Positions 41,904-50,845 of a DNA stretch of 64,000 nucleotides are shown here, piece after piece. Source of the stretch: Candidatus Eiseniibacteriota bacterium (GTDB lineage Bacteria; Eisenbacteria; RBG-16-71-46); assembly GCA_963707915.1 (NCBI GenBank), contig OY970178.1:1472001-1536000 (forward strand), given 5' to 3'. Positions within the stretch are counted from its first letter, which is position 1. Each line of letters opens with the position of its first letter. The notes beneath the pieces were generated by a model. The model was not told where the DNA came from, ran no database searches, and saw only the letters and a list, made by a program, of their open reading frames with translations. Position numbers and translations under genes: made by a program.

Positions 41904-43400
41904 ATGGTCGCCCGAGATCCCCGCGCCCGGCTCTGGTTCACGGCCGTCCTCGTGGCGGTGTCGCTGTTCTGGGTGTTCGACCTCGCCGGCCTCCGCGCCG
42001 GCGTCCCGGACCTGCTGGACGACACCTGGGAATACGGCGTCGCCGCCCGCCACCTGCTGGCGGGCGACGGGTTCCGCACCAGCGTCATCCACCCGCCGCT
42101 GTGGGGCCTGCGCGACGACGCCTTCACCGTGCCGCTCCTGGTCCACGGCCCGCTGCAGCCGCTGCTGTTCGCCCCCGCGCTCGCCCTGCTCGGCCCGGAG
42201 GCGCTCGACCGGATCGCCTGGTTCGGCGCGTTCTTCGCCACGCTGACCGCGCTGCTGCTGTGCCGCCTGGGCACGCGCCACTTCGGCCCGCCGGTGGGCG
42301 CGGCCGCCGCGATGATCTTCACGCTCGCGCCGCTCACCCTGCGGACCGTGCACCACGACGCCTCGCTCCTGTTCGGCGCCTTCCTGCTGCTGCTCGCCTT
42401 CGATCTGCTCGCGCGCGAGCGCCCGCGGCGCCTCGGGGCGGCCCTCGCGCTGGGACTCGGCCTGCTGGTGAGGACCGAGATGATCCTCGCGCTGTTCGGC
42501 CTCGCGATGCTCGCCGGCGGCGCGGGCACGGTGGCGCTCGTGCTCGGCGCGGCGGCGGTCGCCGGCGGGTGGTGGTGGCACAACTGGAGCGCCGCCGGCT
42601 CGCCCTTCTTCAGCCTCTCGGCCTACCTGATGGTGGGCTACTCCGAGCGCTGGCCCGGGATCTCGGTCCTGCGCGACTTCGCGCTGACGCCCGAACGCTG
42701 GCCGCACGTGTTCCGCGAGCGCGTCCCCGACCTCCTGCGCAAGGCGCAGGCCAACCTGCATCACGCCCTCAAGCTCGCGATCCTGGAGCCGAGCCCGCTC
42801 ACCGGCTGGCTCGCCGCGCTCGGCCTCGTGGTCGGCGCCGCGCGCGGCTCGACGCGCCGGGTCGCCCTCGCCGCCCTCGCCTGCGCGCTCGTCCCGGTGG
42901 CGGTGATCACGGTGACGCTGCTCGACACGCGCTACTTCGCGCCCTTCCTGCCGCTGTGGGCGCTCTCGGTCGCGGTCGCGGCGGAGTGGCTGTGGGGCCG
43001 GATCCCGCGGGCCGGCCATGGCCCCGCCTGGCTCCCGCTGCTCGCGCTCCTCATGCTGGTCGCCACCGTGCCCGCGCTCCGGCGGGAGGCGCGCGAGTCG
43101 CGCGCGAGCGCGGCACTGCTCGCCACCGACCGGGCGGCGCTGAAGGCCCGCTTCGCGCCCGCCGCCACCCTCCCCCGCCTCACGCGTCGGGGCCTCGAAC
43201 GGCCGCCCATCACCGCACGCCCGCGGCTCGTGTTCTCGGACACCCCCGACTTCGTGGCGTGGACGACCGGCCGGCCGACCGTGTGGATCACCCGCGACGA
43301 GTACGAGCGGCTCCCCGCGCGCGGCACTCCCCGGTCCGCGGACTCGCCCCCCGTGCGCCGGAAGGACGACGACACCTGGTTCCACGACGGCTGGCACTGA
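41904..43400 (+). CDS. GT-C fold (ArnT/PMT-like) membrane glycosyltransferase
   Basis: DD-x-x-EY after the first TM segment, many TM segments, LVRTE, RYFAP. Confidence 0.65.
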   Translation: MVARDPRARLWFTAVLVAVSLFWVFDLAGLRAGVPDLLDDTWEYGVAARHLLAGDGFRTSVIHPPLWGLRDDAFTVPLLVHGPLQPLLFAPALALLGPEALDRIAWFGAFFATLTALLLCRLGTRHFGPPVGAAAAMIFTLAPLTLRTVHHDASLLFGAFLLLLAFDLLARERPRRLGAALALGLGLLVRTEMILALFGLAMLAGGAGTVALVLGAAAVAGGWWWHNWSAAGSPFFSLSAYLMVGYSERWPGISVLRDFALTPERWPHVFRERVPDLLRKAQANLHHALKLAILEPSPLTGWLAALGLVVGAARGSTRRVALAALACALVPVAVITVTLLDTRYFAPFLPLWALSVAVAAEWLWGRIPRAGHGPAWLPLLALLMLVATVPALRREARESRASAALLATDRAALKARFAPAATLPRLTRRGLERPPITARPRLVFSDTPDFVAWTTGRPTVWITRDEYERLPARGTPRSADSPPVRRKDDDTWFHDGWH

Positions 43401-43425
43401 CCAGCCCGGCACCCGGACCTCGGCA

Positions 43426-43447
43426 GGCGAGCGCATGGTGCCTCTGC
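43426..43447 (+). repeat. Hairpin element, copy 3 (core only, degenerate arms)
   Basis: GGCGAGCGCATGGTGCCTCTGC. Confidence 0.7.
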
Positions 43448-43469
43448 GATTCGGGGCCGGCACTGGCAA

Positions 43470-43540
43470 GCGGGGGCCGGGGACCGTGGTAGGCGAGCGC
43501 ATGGTGCCTCTGCTCGCCTACCACGGTCCCCGGCACCCGC
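43470..43540 (+). repeat. Intergenic hairpin element, copy 4
   Basis: 29-bp stem with 1 mismatch; loop GCATGGTGCCTCT. Confidence 0.9.
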
Positions 43541-43595
43541 GCCATCTCGCGTCCCGGCCCCGTGCCACTTCAGCGCCCCCGCGCCGACCCCGCGA

Positions 43596-44813
43596 TCACT
43601 CGTAACGCAGCGAGTCCACCGGGTCGAGGCCCGCCGCGCGACGGGCCGGGTAGAAGCCGAAGAAGAGCCCGATCAGGCTCGAGAAGCCGAACGCCAGCAG
43701 CACCGCCCCCGGCTGTACCACCGTCGGCCAGTGGGCGAACTGCGAGACCGCCTTCGCCGTCACGCTCCCCAGCAGCACCCCGATCGCGCCCCCGCCCAGC
43801 GACAGGAACGCCGATTCGAACAGGAACTGCAGCAGGATGTCGGTCTTGCGCGCTCCCACCGCGCGGCGCAGGCCGATCTCGCGGGTGCGCTCGGTCACCG
43901 ACACCAGCATGATGTTCATGATGCCGATGCCCCCCACCAGCAGCGACACCGCCGCGATGCTGGCCAGCAGCGTGGTCATCACCTTCGACGTGGCCTCCGC
44001 CGCGCTGGCGATGTCGAGCTGCGTGCGCAGGAAGAAGTCGTCGTTGTCGCCCGGCTTGATGCGGTGCCGCTGGCGCAGCAGGCCCGTGATCTGCTCCACC
44101 GCCGCGTTCACCTGCTTCTCGCCGGTCGCGGACAGCACGACCGACTGGACGTGGGAGATGTGCAGGAACTTCCGTTGCACCGTCGTGTACGGGGCGATGA
44201 CCACGTCGTCCTGGTCGTCGTGCCCGTTGGAGCCCTTCGCGACCAGCGTGCCCACCACCTTGAACGGCATGTCCTTGACGCGGATCGTCGCACCGATCGG
44301 GTCGGAGTCGCCGAACAGTTGCTTCACGACGCTCTGGCCCAGCACGCAGACCTTGGCCGCGCCGCGCACGTCGGAGTCCGTGATGAAGACCCCGTCCTTC
44401 ACCACCCACTGGCGGGCGATCGCGAAGTCGGGCGTGGTCCCCTGCACCGGCGAGTTCCAGTTCTGGTCGCCGAACACGAGCTGCGCGTAGGTGCGGACCG
44501 TGGGCGCCACCGCGTCCACCGCGGGGCACTCCTGCTTGATGGCGGCCGCGTCCTCGGGGGTCAGCGTGGTGTTGCCGCCCATCGGGCCGTGCGCGCCCCC
44601 GCCCGCGCTGACCGTGCCGGGGATCACCACGATGACGTTCGAGCCCATGGCGCGGATCTGGGCCTGGACCGCCGAGCGCGCGCCCTGGCCGATGGCGAGC
44701 GTGGCGATGACGGCCGCGACGCCGATCACGATGCCGAGCACGGTGAGGGCCGAGCGCATGCGGTTGCGCGTGAGCGCGTCGAGGCCGAGCGGGATCAGCG
44801 CGCCGAAGGTCAA
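43596..44813 (-). CDS. MacB/FtsX-like ABC permease
   Basis: RSALTVLGIVIGVAAV, GGIGIMNIMLVSVTERTREIG, YPARRAA…LRYE. Confidence 0.92.
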   Translation of the reverse strand: MTFGALIPLGLDALTRNRMRSALTVLGIVIGVAAVIATLAIGQGARSAVQAQIRAMGSNVIVVIPGTVSAGGGAHGPMGGNTTLTPEDAAAIKQECPAVDAVAPTVRTYAQLVFGDQNWNSPVQGTTPDFAIARQWVVKDGVFITDSDVRGAAKVCVLGQSVVKQLFGDSDPIGATIRVKDMPFKVVGTLVAKGSNGHDDQDDVVIAPYTTVQRKFLHISHVQSVVLSATGEKQVNAAVEQITGLLRQRHRIKPGDNDDFFLRTQLDIASAAEATSKVMTTLLASIAAVSLLVGGIGIMNIMLVSVTERTREIGLRRAVGARKTDILLQFLFESAFLSLGGGAIGVLLGSVTAKAVSQFAHWPTVVQPGAVLLAFGFSSLIGLFFGFYPARRAAGLDPVDSLRYE

Positions 44814-46123
44814 TGCCGGCCTCCCCCCATCCCGGGCGGCGGCGCCATGCCCTGGCCCTCGCGCGCCACGATGTCGAGCCCGGTCGCCACCGTATCGCCG
44901 ACCTTGAGCTCACCGGCCAGGATCTCGACCGAGGTGCCGTCCGTGAGGCCGGTCACGACCTCGCAGCGCACCGGCTTGCCGTCGCGCAGCAGGTAGACCG
45001 TCCCGGGCTTCGGCGCGGGCAGGTCGAGGCTGCTGCCCCCGGCGAGGGCCGCGGCCCCCCGCGGCGCACCTCCGGCGCGCGGCCCCGGCGCTCCGCGGCC
45101 TTCGCGCGGCCCCGGCGCCCCGCGGCCCTCGCGCGGCCCCGGCTCGCGCGGTCCGGCCTGGGCCATGCCGCCCTCGCGCGCGCTCCCGCCGTGGCCGTTC
45201 CTGCCGGGTTCGGGCGGGCGGAAGCGCAGCGCGGCCGCCGGGACCTTGAGCACGTCGTCGTGCCGCGCCACCAGCACCGTGACGTTGGCGGTCATGCCGG
45301 GCCGCAGCTTCAACTCCGGGTTCTGCGTGCGGATCACGGTGGTGTAGGTCACCACGCCCTGCTCCACGATCGGCTCGAGGCGCACCACCGAGACCTCACC
45401 GCGGAACTGATCGTCCGGGAAGGCGTCGACCGTGAAGGTGACCGGCAAGCCGGGCCGCACGCTGCCGATGTCGGCCTCGTCGATGCGAGTCTCGACCTGC
45501 ATCTGCGTCAGGTCGCGCGCGATCACGAACAGCTTGGGGGCCTGCAGGCTCGCGGCCACCGTCTGCCCGAGGTCGATGTTGCGCGAGATCACCACCCCCG
45601 AGATCGGCGCGCGGATGATGGCGTTGCGCTGGTCCACGCGCACCGCCGCCAGTTGCGCGCGCGCCGCCTTGAGATCGGCCTCGCGCTGCAGGACGGTGAC
45701 CTCGGCGGTCTCCAGATCGGCCTGCGAGACCAGCCGCTCGGCCGACAGCTCCCGCGCCCGGCGCAACTGGCGCCGCCCGTCTTCGAGCGCGGCCTCGGCG
45801 CGCGCCACCGCCGCCTCGTTCTGCGCGACGCGGGCGTTGAGCCCCGAGGGCTCCAGCTCGCAGAGCACCTGGCCCTCCGCGACGCGCGAGTTGTAGTCGG
45901 CGTGCAGGCGGTAGACCGTGCCGCTCACCTGGGAGCCGACCTCGACCTGCTCCACCGGCTGCACCGTGCCGGTCGCCGCGACCGTGGACTCGATACTGCC
46001 GCGCTCGATCGGCGCGGAACGGAACCTGGGCGCCTCGCGCGCGGTGCGCGAGCGCCAGACCCATCCGGCTCCGACCACGACGACGACGGCGACGGCGACG
46101 AGGATCCAGGGCGTTCGTCTCAA
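44810..46123 (-). CDS. MacA-like periplasmic adaptor (membrane fusion protein)
   Basis: VEVGSQVSG, IRAPISG, GQTVAASLQAP, KLRPGMTANV. Confidence 0.92.
   Translation of the reverse strand: MRRTPWILVAVAVVVVVGAGWVWRSRTAREAPRFRSAPIERGSIESTVAATGTVQPVEQVEVGSQVSGTVYRLHADYNSRVAEGQVLCELEPSGLNARVAQNEAAVARAEAALEDGRRQLRRARELSAERLVSQADLETAEVTVLQREADLKAARAQLAAVRVDQRNAIIRAPISGVVISRNIDLGQTVAASLQAPKLFVIARDLTQMQVETRIDEADIGSVRPGLPVTFTVDAFPDDQFRGEVSVVRLEPIVEQGVVTYTTVIRTQNPELKLRPGMTANVTVLVARHDDVLKVPAAALRFRPPEPGRNGHGGSAREGGMAQAGPREPGPREGRGAPGPREGRGAPGPRAGGAPRGAAALAGGSSLDLPAPKPGTVYLLRDGKPVRCEVVTGLTDGTSVEILAGELKVGDTVATGLDIVAREGQGMAPPPGMGGGRH
45077..45143. repeat. 27-bp tandem repeat (about 2.5 copies) encoding PGPREGRGA
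   Basis: GCGCGGCCCCGGCGCYCCGCGGCCYTC units. Confidence 0.7.
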
Positions 46124-46217
46124 GCGTCCTCCGGGACCGGAGCCGGCCAGGCGGCCGCTCCGGCGATGGATGGTCCAGTGACAGGGGCGGGCATTCTAGC
46201 CCACTCCTCGCGCGTCG

Positions 46218-46233
46218 CGCATCCAGCGTGCCA
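46218..46233 (-). promoter_or_regulatory. Sigma-54 (-24/-12) promoter candidate
   Basis: TGGCACGCTGGATGCG about 95 nt upstream of the MacA-like gene. Confidence 0.6.
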
Positions 46234-46323
46234 CCGGCGCGACCCGGGCCGGGCACGGGCACGGCTCGCGCCGGGCCCGCTCGGTGGAAGCGCGACGCTC
46301 GCGGGGGAGATCCCGGGCGGAAC

Positions 46324-46977
46324 CTACGGCCGGGGCCCCTCCGCCAGGCCCCGGCGCAGCGCCTGCGCCAGCTCGCCGAGGCGCCGGTCGAAGAAGTGGC
46401 CGGCCCCCTCGATGGTCTCCAGGCGCCGGGGCTCGGCCCAGGCCTCGAACTCGGGCTCCAGTGCCGACAGCGGGCAGATCTCGTCGGCCGTCCCCTGGAT
46501 GACCAGCTTGGGGACGGTCGCGCGGCGCAGCGCCGAGAAGTCGGCGCCCGCCACCGGCGGCCCGACCAGCACCAGCCGCCCGACCCCGGGCTCCGCGACT
46601 GCCAGCCGGGCCGCCACCCAGGCGCCGAACGAGAAGCCGGCGGCCAGCAGCGGCACGCCCGGCAGGCGCGCGCGCAGCCAGCCGAGCGCCGCGCGGGCAT
46701 CCTCGAGCTCACCGGCCCCGTGGTCGAAACGGCCCTCGCTCCTGCCCACCCCGCGGAAGTTGAAGCGCAGCGTGGTCCCGCCCAGGTTGTGGAGCGTGGA
46801 GGCGACGCGGTGCACGACCTTGTTGTCCATCGTGCCCCCGTGCTGCGGGTGCGGATGGCAGACCAGCGCCGCGAAGGCGGGAGGGCCGCCGGCGCACTCC
46901 TGCAGCAGCGCCGCGATGCGCCCCGCGGGCCCGGCCAGGTCCAGCGCCATGAGCCGGGAGGCGCCTTCGCAGCTCAT
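46324..46977 (-). CDS. Alpha/beta hydrolase
   Basis: CHPHPQHGGTMDNKVV, RFNFRGVG, GFSFG, GAGHFF. Confidence 0.9.
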   Translation of the reverse strand: MSCEGASRLMALDLAGPAGRIAALLQECAGGPPAFAALVCHPHPQHGGTMDNKVVHRVASTLHNLGGTTLRFNFRGVGRSEGRFDHGAGELEDARAALGWLRARLPGVPLLAAGFSFGAWVAARLAVAEPGVGRLVLVGPPVAGADFSALRRATVPKLVIQGTADEICPLSALEPEFEAWAEPRRLETIEGAGHFFDRRLGELAQALRRGLAEGPRP

Positions 46978-47462
46978 CCGCCGCGGGCGGCCCGGAAGCG
47001 GGCCGAGAGGCGCTCCGCGATCTCGTGGTCGGGCGTCGCGAAGTTCAGTCCGGCGCCGTCCCCCAGCGCGAGCAGGCAGCCCGCCTCCAGCATCCAGTCC
47101 TCCAGCCCGAGCGGGGTGGCCTCGCTGAAGTCGCTGAGGTCGGAGGTGATCCGGGTGGGGTAGGTCTCGAACTCCTCGTTCCACTCGGCGCAGAGGTAGA
47201 TCTCGTCGAAACCGCGGAACAGGCCGACCGTCGCGCACTGGTCCAGCTCGCCGGGCGGGAGCAGCAGCACGCCGCGGTTCTGCACGAAACGGATCCCCTC
47301 GGCGCGCAGGCGCCGCCGCACGGCGGGCCACTCGCCCGGGCGGTCGGTCCCGTCGAGCACCGGGACCGCGGCCAGCTCGAAAGCGGGCAGCATGTCGAGC
47401 CCGGCGTCGAGCACCTCGGACACCGTCCCCGCCAGGCAGCCAAAGTAGATTCGCTCGCTCAC
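46974..47462 (-). CDS. Hypothetical protein
   Basis: Non-biased protein sequence; stop overlaps the hydrolase ATG. Confidence 0.7.
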   Translation of the reverse strand: MSERIYFGCLAGTVSEVLDAGLDMLPAFELAAVPVLDGTDRPGEWPAVRRRLRAEGIRFVQNRGVLLLPPGELDQCATVGLFRGFDEIYLCAEWNEEFETYPTRITSDLSDFSEATPLGLEDWMLEAGCLLALGDGAGLNFATPDHEIAERLSARFRAARGG

Positions 47463-47535
47463 GGGCCGCAGTCTACGCCGCACGCTGGCGCGCGCCAAAC
47501 GGCGATGTCCGCCGGCCGGCGGGGCTTCCCGCGGG

Positions 47536-49533
47536 CTACGCCCGGCGCGAGCGGATGCTCAGCACCGGGCAGGAGACGCGGTGCCGCAGCCCCGAGGCGG
47601 TCGAGCCCAGGAACAGGTCACCCAGCAGCCGGTGCCCGTGCGAGCCGGTGATGAGCAGGTCGGCGCCCCACTCGCCCACCATGCGCGCCAGCTCGGTCTT
47701 CACGTCGCCGTTGCCCAGCGTCACGCCGGCCTCGATCCCGAACGAGCGCAACTCGGCGGCCAGCCGCTCGAGGGTGGCGAGGTCGGTGCGGCTCTCCTCG
47801 TCCAGGGCCTCCGGGCCGAGGTAGCGGCTCGCCGCGCTCTCCGCCACGTGCATGAGCATGACCTCCACGTCGGCCGGCAGCGCCATGCCGTGCACGTGCT
47901 CGAGCACCGCCGGGTCGGCCCGGCCCAGTTCCAGCGCCAGCGCCACGCGCCGCGGGCCGGCCGCCGAGAGCACGCGCGCGCCGGTGGAGCGCTCGGCCGG
48001 CAGGGTCAGCGCGGGGATCCCCGGACCCACGCGCACCGGCAGGTGGCCGATCGCCGGCACCAGGCGCCGCAGCAGCGGCATGAACATGACGACCAGGATC
48101 AGCACGATGGCGCCGCCGACCACGGGGAGCACGAGGAAGCGGTGCCAGGACGCGGCGGGGCCGGCGGCGCCCAGCCCCGCGGTGACGAAGTCCCACACCA
48201 GCTTGCCGTTCAGCGCCGCGATGCCGATGGCGACCAGCCAGGCCAGCGCCGACAGCCACGGCGGGTTCACGAACTCGCCCATGCGGCGCCGGTCGCCGGT
48301 GAAGGTCACCAGCGGGATCACCGCGAAGGAGAGCTGCAGGCTCAGCACCACCTGCGAGAGGACCAGCAGCCCGTCCACCGCGTCCGGGCCGCGCAGGCCG
48401 ATGACCAGCGCCGCGGGGATGATGGCGAGTCCGCGGCTGATGACGCGGCGCAGCCAGGGCTGGAGGCGCAGCCGCAGGAAACCCTCCATCACCACCTGGC
48501 CGGCGAGCGTGCCGGTGATGGTGCTGGACTGGCCCGCGGAGAGCAGCGCGATGGCGAAGATCACCGAGGCGGCCCCGGAGCCGAGCAGCGGCGCGAGCAG
48601 ACGGTGGGCGTCCTCGAGGCGCGCCACGTCCTGGTGGCCGCTGCCGTGGAAGGTCGAGGCCGCCAGCACCAGGATCGCGGCGTTCACCAGGAAGGCCGCG
48701 TTGAGCGCCACGACCGAGTCCACCAGGTTCATGCGCGTCGCCTCGCGCTTGCCCTGGTCCGATCGCGCGACCGAGCGGCTCTGCACCAGCGCGCTGTGCA
48801 GGTAGAGGTTGTGCGGCATCACCGTCGCCCCGAGCATCGCGATCGCGACGTAGAGCGACTCGCCGTGCAGCCCCAGCACCGACCAGCCTCCGCCCGGCGC
48901 CGGGGAGAAGAGGCTGGCCCGGCCGTCCTCGCCGCGCGGCAGGAAGCCGCGCAGCACCTCGCCGAGCACCGGCTTCGAGAGCGCGATCTCGAACGCGAAG
49001 GCGGCGCCCATGGTGGCGATGAGCACGAGGATCACCGCCTCGAGCCGGCGCATGCCGAGGCGCGAGAGCCCCAGCAGCAGCAGCACGTCGAACGCGGTGA
49101 CGACCACGCCCCAGAGGAGCGGCAGGCCGAAGAGGAGCTTGAGCCCGATCGCGGCGCCCAGCACCTCGGCCAGGTCGCAGGCCACGATGGCCACCTCCGC
49201 GCCGATCCAGAGCGGGATGGCGACCGCGCGCGGGTAGGAGTCGCGGCACTCCTGCGCGAGATCCTTGCCGGTCACCACCCCGAGCCGCACCGACAGCGTC
49301 TGCAGCAGCACCGCCATGAGGTTGCTCGCGAGCAGCACCCAGATGAGCTGGTAGCCGAAGCGCGCCCCGCCGGCCAGGTCGGTGGCCCAGTTGCCGGGGT
49401 CCATGTAGCCCACGCTCACCAGGTAGGCGGGGCCCGAGAACGCCAGCAGCCGCCGCAGCCAGCGGGCGCCCGCCGGGACCGGGACCGTGCCGTGCATCTC
49501 CGGCAGCGAGGGGGCGCCGCGCTCAGGCCGCAC
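47536..49533 (-). CDS. mntH: Nramp divalent metal transporter fused to a C-terminal USP domain
   Basis: YMDPGNW, MPHNLYLHS, QSSTITGTLAGQ; C-terminal GSHGH…GST; GGGAGG before GTG at 49533. Confidence 0.92.
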   Translation of the reverse strand: MRPERGAPSLPEMHGTVPVPAGARWLRRLLAFSGPAYLVSVGYMDPGNWATDLAGGARFGYQLIWVLLASNLMAVLLQTLSVRLGVVTGKDLAQECRDSYPRAVAIPLWIGAEVAIVACDLAEVLGAAIGLKLLFGLPLLWGVVVTAFDVLLLLGLSRLGMRRLEAVILVLIATMGAAFAFEIALSKPVLGEVLRGFLPRGEDGRASLFSPAPGGGWSVLGLHGESLYVAIAMLGATVMPHNLYLHSALVQSRSVARSDQGKREATRMNLVDSVVALNAAFLVNAAILVLAASTFHGSGHQDVARLEDAHRLLAPLLGSGAASVIFAIALLSAGQSSTITGTLAGQVVMEGFLRLRLQPWLRRVISRGLAIIPAALVIGLRGPDAVDGLLVLSQVVLSLQLSFAVIPLVTFTGDRRRMGEFVNPPWLSALAWLVAIGIAALNGKLVWDFVTAGLGAAGPAASWHRFLVLPVVGGAIVLILVVMFMPLLRRLVPAIGHLPVRVGPGIPALTLPAERSTGARVLSAAGPRRVALALELGRADPAVLEHVHGMALPADVEVMLMHVAESAASRYLGPEALDEESRTDLATLERLAAELRSFGIEAGVTLGNGDVKTELARMVGEWGADLLITGSHGHRLLGDLFLGSTASGLRHRVSCPVLSIRSRRA

Positions 49534-49649
49534 GCGGGCCTCCCGGCACGCGCCCGCCGGCGCGCGCACGGTCGCGGAGCGCGATCGGGCGCTCCTGCAT
49601 GGGACGATTGACCGGTGTCATCGGGGGCCAGCCTAAGCGAATCCGCCGA

Positions 49650-49664
49650 TTCGGCAAGTCCGAA
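49650..49664. promoter_or_regulatory. Palindrome, candidate metal-regulator operator
   Basis: TTCGG-CAAGT-CCGAA upstream of mntH. Confidence 0.35.
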
Positions 49665-49762
49665 CCTCGGCGCCCCGGACACCGCCCCGCGTGACCTGCG
49701 AACACCACGGGCCCGGGCTCGCGCCCGGGCCCGCGTGCTTCGGCCCCCAGGAGAAGGGTCCG

Positions 49763-50845
49763 TTACTTCTGCTGCGCCGCCTCGTCCCGCGGGGTCGCCG
49801 CCGTTCCCGGCCCGGCCGGCTCGTCGAACGACCGCGGCATGCTCTTCTGGCCGAACGGGTCACCCGCGCGCCACCCGAACTGGCCGGGCCGGAGGCTGAC
49901 CGCGAGCCGGTGCTGCGCCTCGCCCACGCCCGGGATGAGGTAGGCGTAGTCGATCCACATGCCATGGGCCCCGGCGCCGATGCCGAAGCTCGGGCCGTCC
50001 TCGCCGAGGTCCGCCGGAGCGTCGAGCTCGCGCCGGTAGCCCGCGCGCAGCGCCACGAGACCGTGCCAGCGCCACTCGGCGCCGACGCGCACGTCCTGGT
50101 AGTAGGCGCTCGGGAAGTTCGCGTCGAGCGCGAGGCGCAGCCCGGTGAGCGGCAGGTCGACCGCCGCCCCCACCCCGACGTTCATGGGCAGGTCGTAGCT
50201 CGTGCCGCCGTACTTCATGCTGCCGCCGAGATTGGTGACCGCCACGCCGGCGCCCAGCATCCCGGCGCGCACCTGGAGCCCGGCGTCCATCGCGAAGCCC
50301 GCGCCGCTCACGGCGCCGAGCTTCTCCCCCACGTACTTGCCGCCCACGCCCACCGTGGCGAGCGGTCCGAGCCGGTGCGCGAGGTGGAGCCCCAGCGCCA
50401 TGCTGGCGACGTCGAAGGTGCCCGTGGCGTTGTTGAGCGCGTCACGGCCCTCGAACGAGCCCTCGCTCTGGTAGAGGCCCTCGACCGACCAGCGCAGCCC
50501 CGAGCGGCCGGCGCGGCCGCCCACCGCGGCCCATTCCTGCTGCGTCTGGTCCGGCAGCGTGGCGTGGGCGAGCGCGACCTGCGTCTCGTCGATCCAGCCC
50601 AGCGCGGCCGCGTTCCACGGCACGACGGCGAGGTCGCCCCCGAGCCCGAGCGTGGCGCCGCCGCGACCCAGCACGCCGGCGCCCGTGCCGACGCTGAGGA
50701 ACCCCGCCGCGGTGGTCCCCGCCGCCTCGCCGCCCGCGAGCGCGGAGGCGGGCACGGCCAGCGCCGCGAGCAGCATCCAGGCCATCACGATCGCGGCCCG
50801 GCTGCGCTTCGGGCGTCCCGCGCCACGGCGCACATGACGGCTCAT
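49763..50845 (-). CDS. PorV/PorQ-family outer-membrane protein
   Basis: Signal peptide; GTTAAGFLSVGTGA…LGRGGA, WNAAAL, FAMDAG, LRAGY, IDYAY, HRLAVSL. Confidence 0.75.
   Translation of the reverse strand: MSRHVRRGAGRPKRSRAAIVMAWMLLAALAVPASALAGGEAAGTTAAGFLSVGTGAGVLGRGGATLGLGGDLAVVPWNAAALGWIDETQVALAHATLPDQTQQEWAAVGGRAGRSGLRWSVEGLYQSEGSFEGRDALNNATGTFDVASMALGLHLAHRLGPLATVGVGGKYVGEKLGAVSGAGFAMDAGLQVRAGMLGAGVAVTNLGGSMKYGGTSYDLPMNVGVGAAVDLPLTGLRLALDANFPSAYYQDVRVGAEWRWHGLVALRAGYRRELDAPADLGEDGPSFGIGAGAHGMWIDYAYLIPGVGEAQHRLAVSLRPGQFGWRAGDPFGQKSMPRSFDEPAGPGTAATPRDEAAQQK

Noticed and set aside
43400..43560. Two nearby copies of the repeat core as a mini-CRISPR array
   Set aside because: Only two units, the flanks form stem arms rather than spacers, other copies are dispersed, and no cas genes are present
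47536..48000. Nramp-USP fusion as a novelty
   Set aside because: A known domain architecture among MntH homologues
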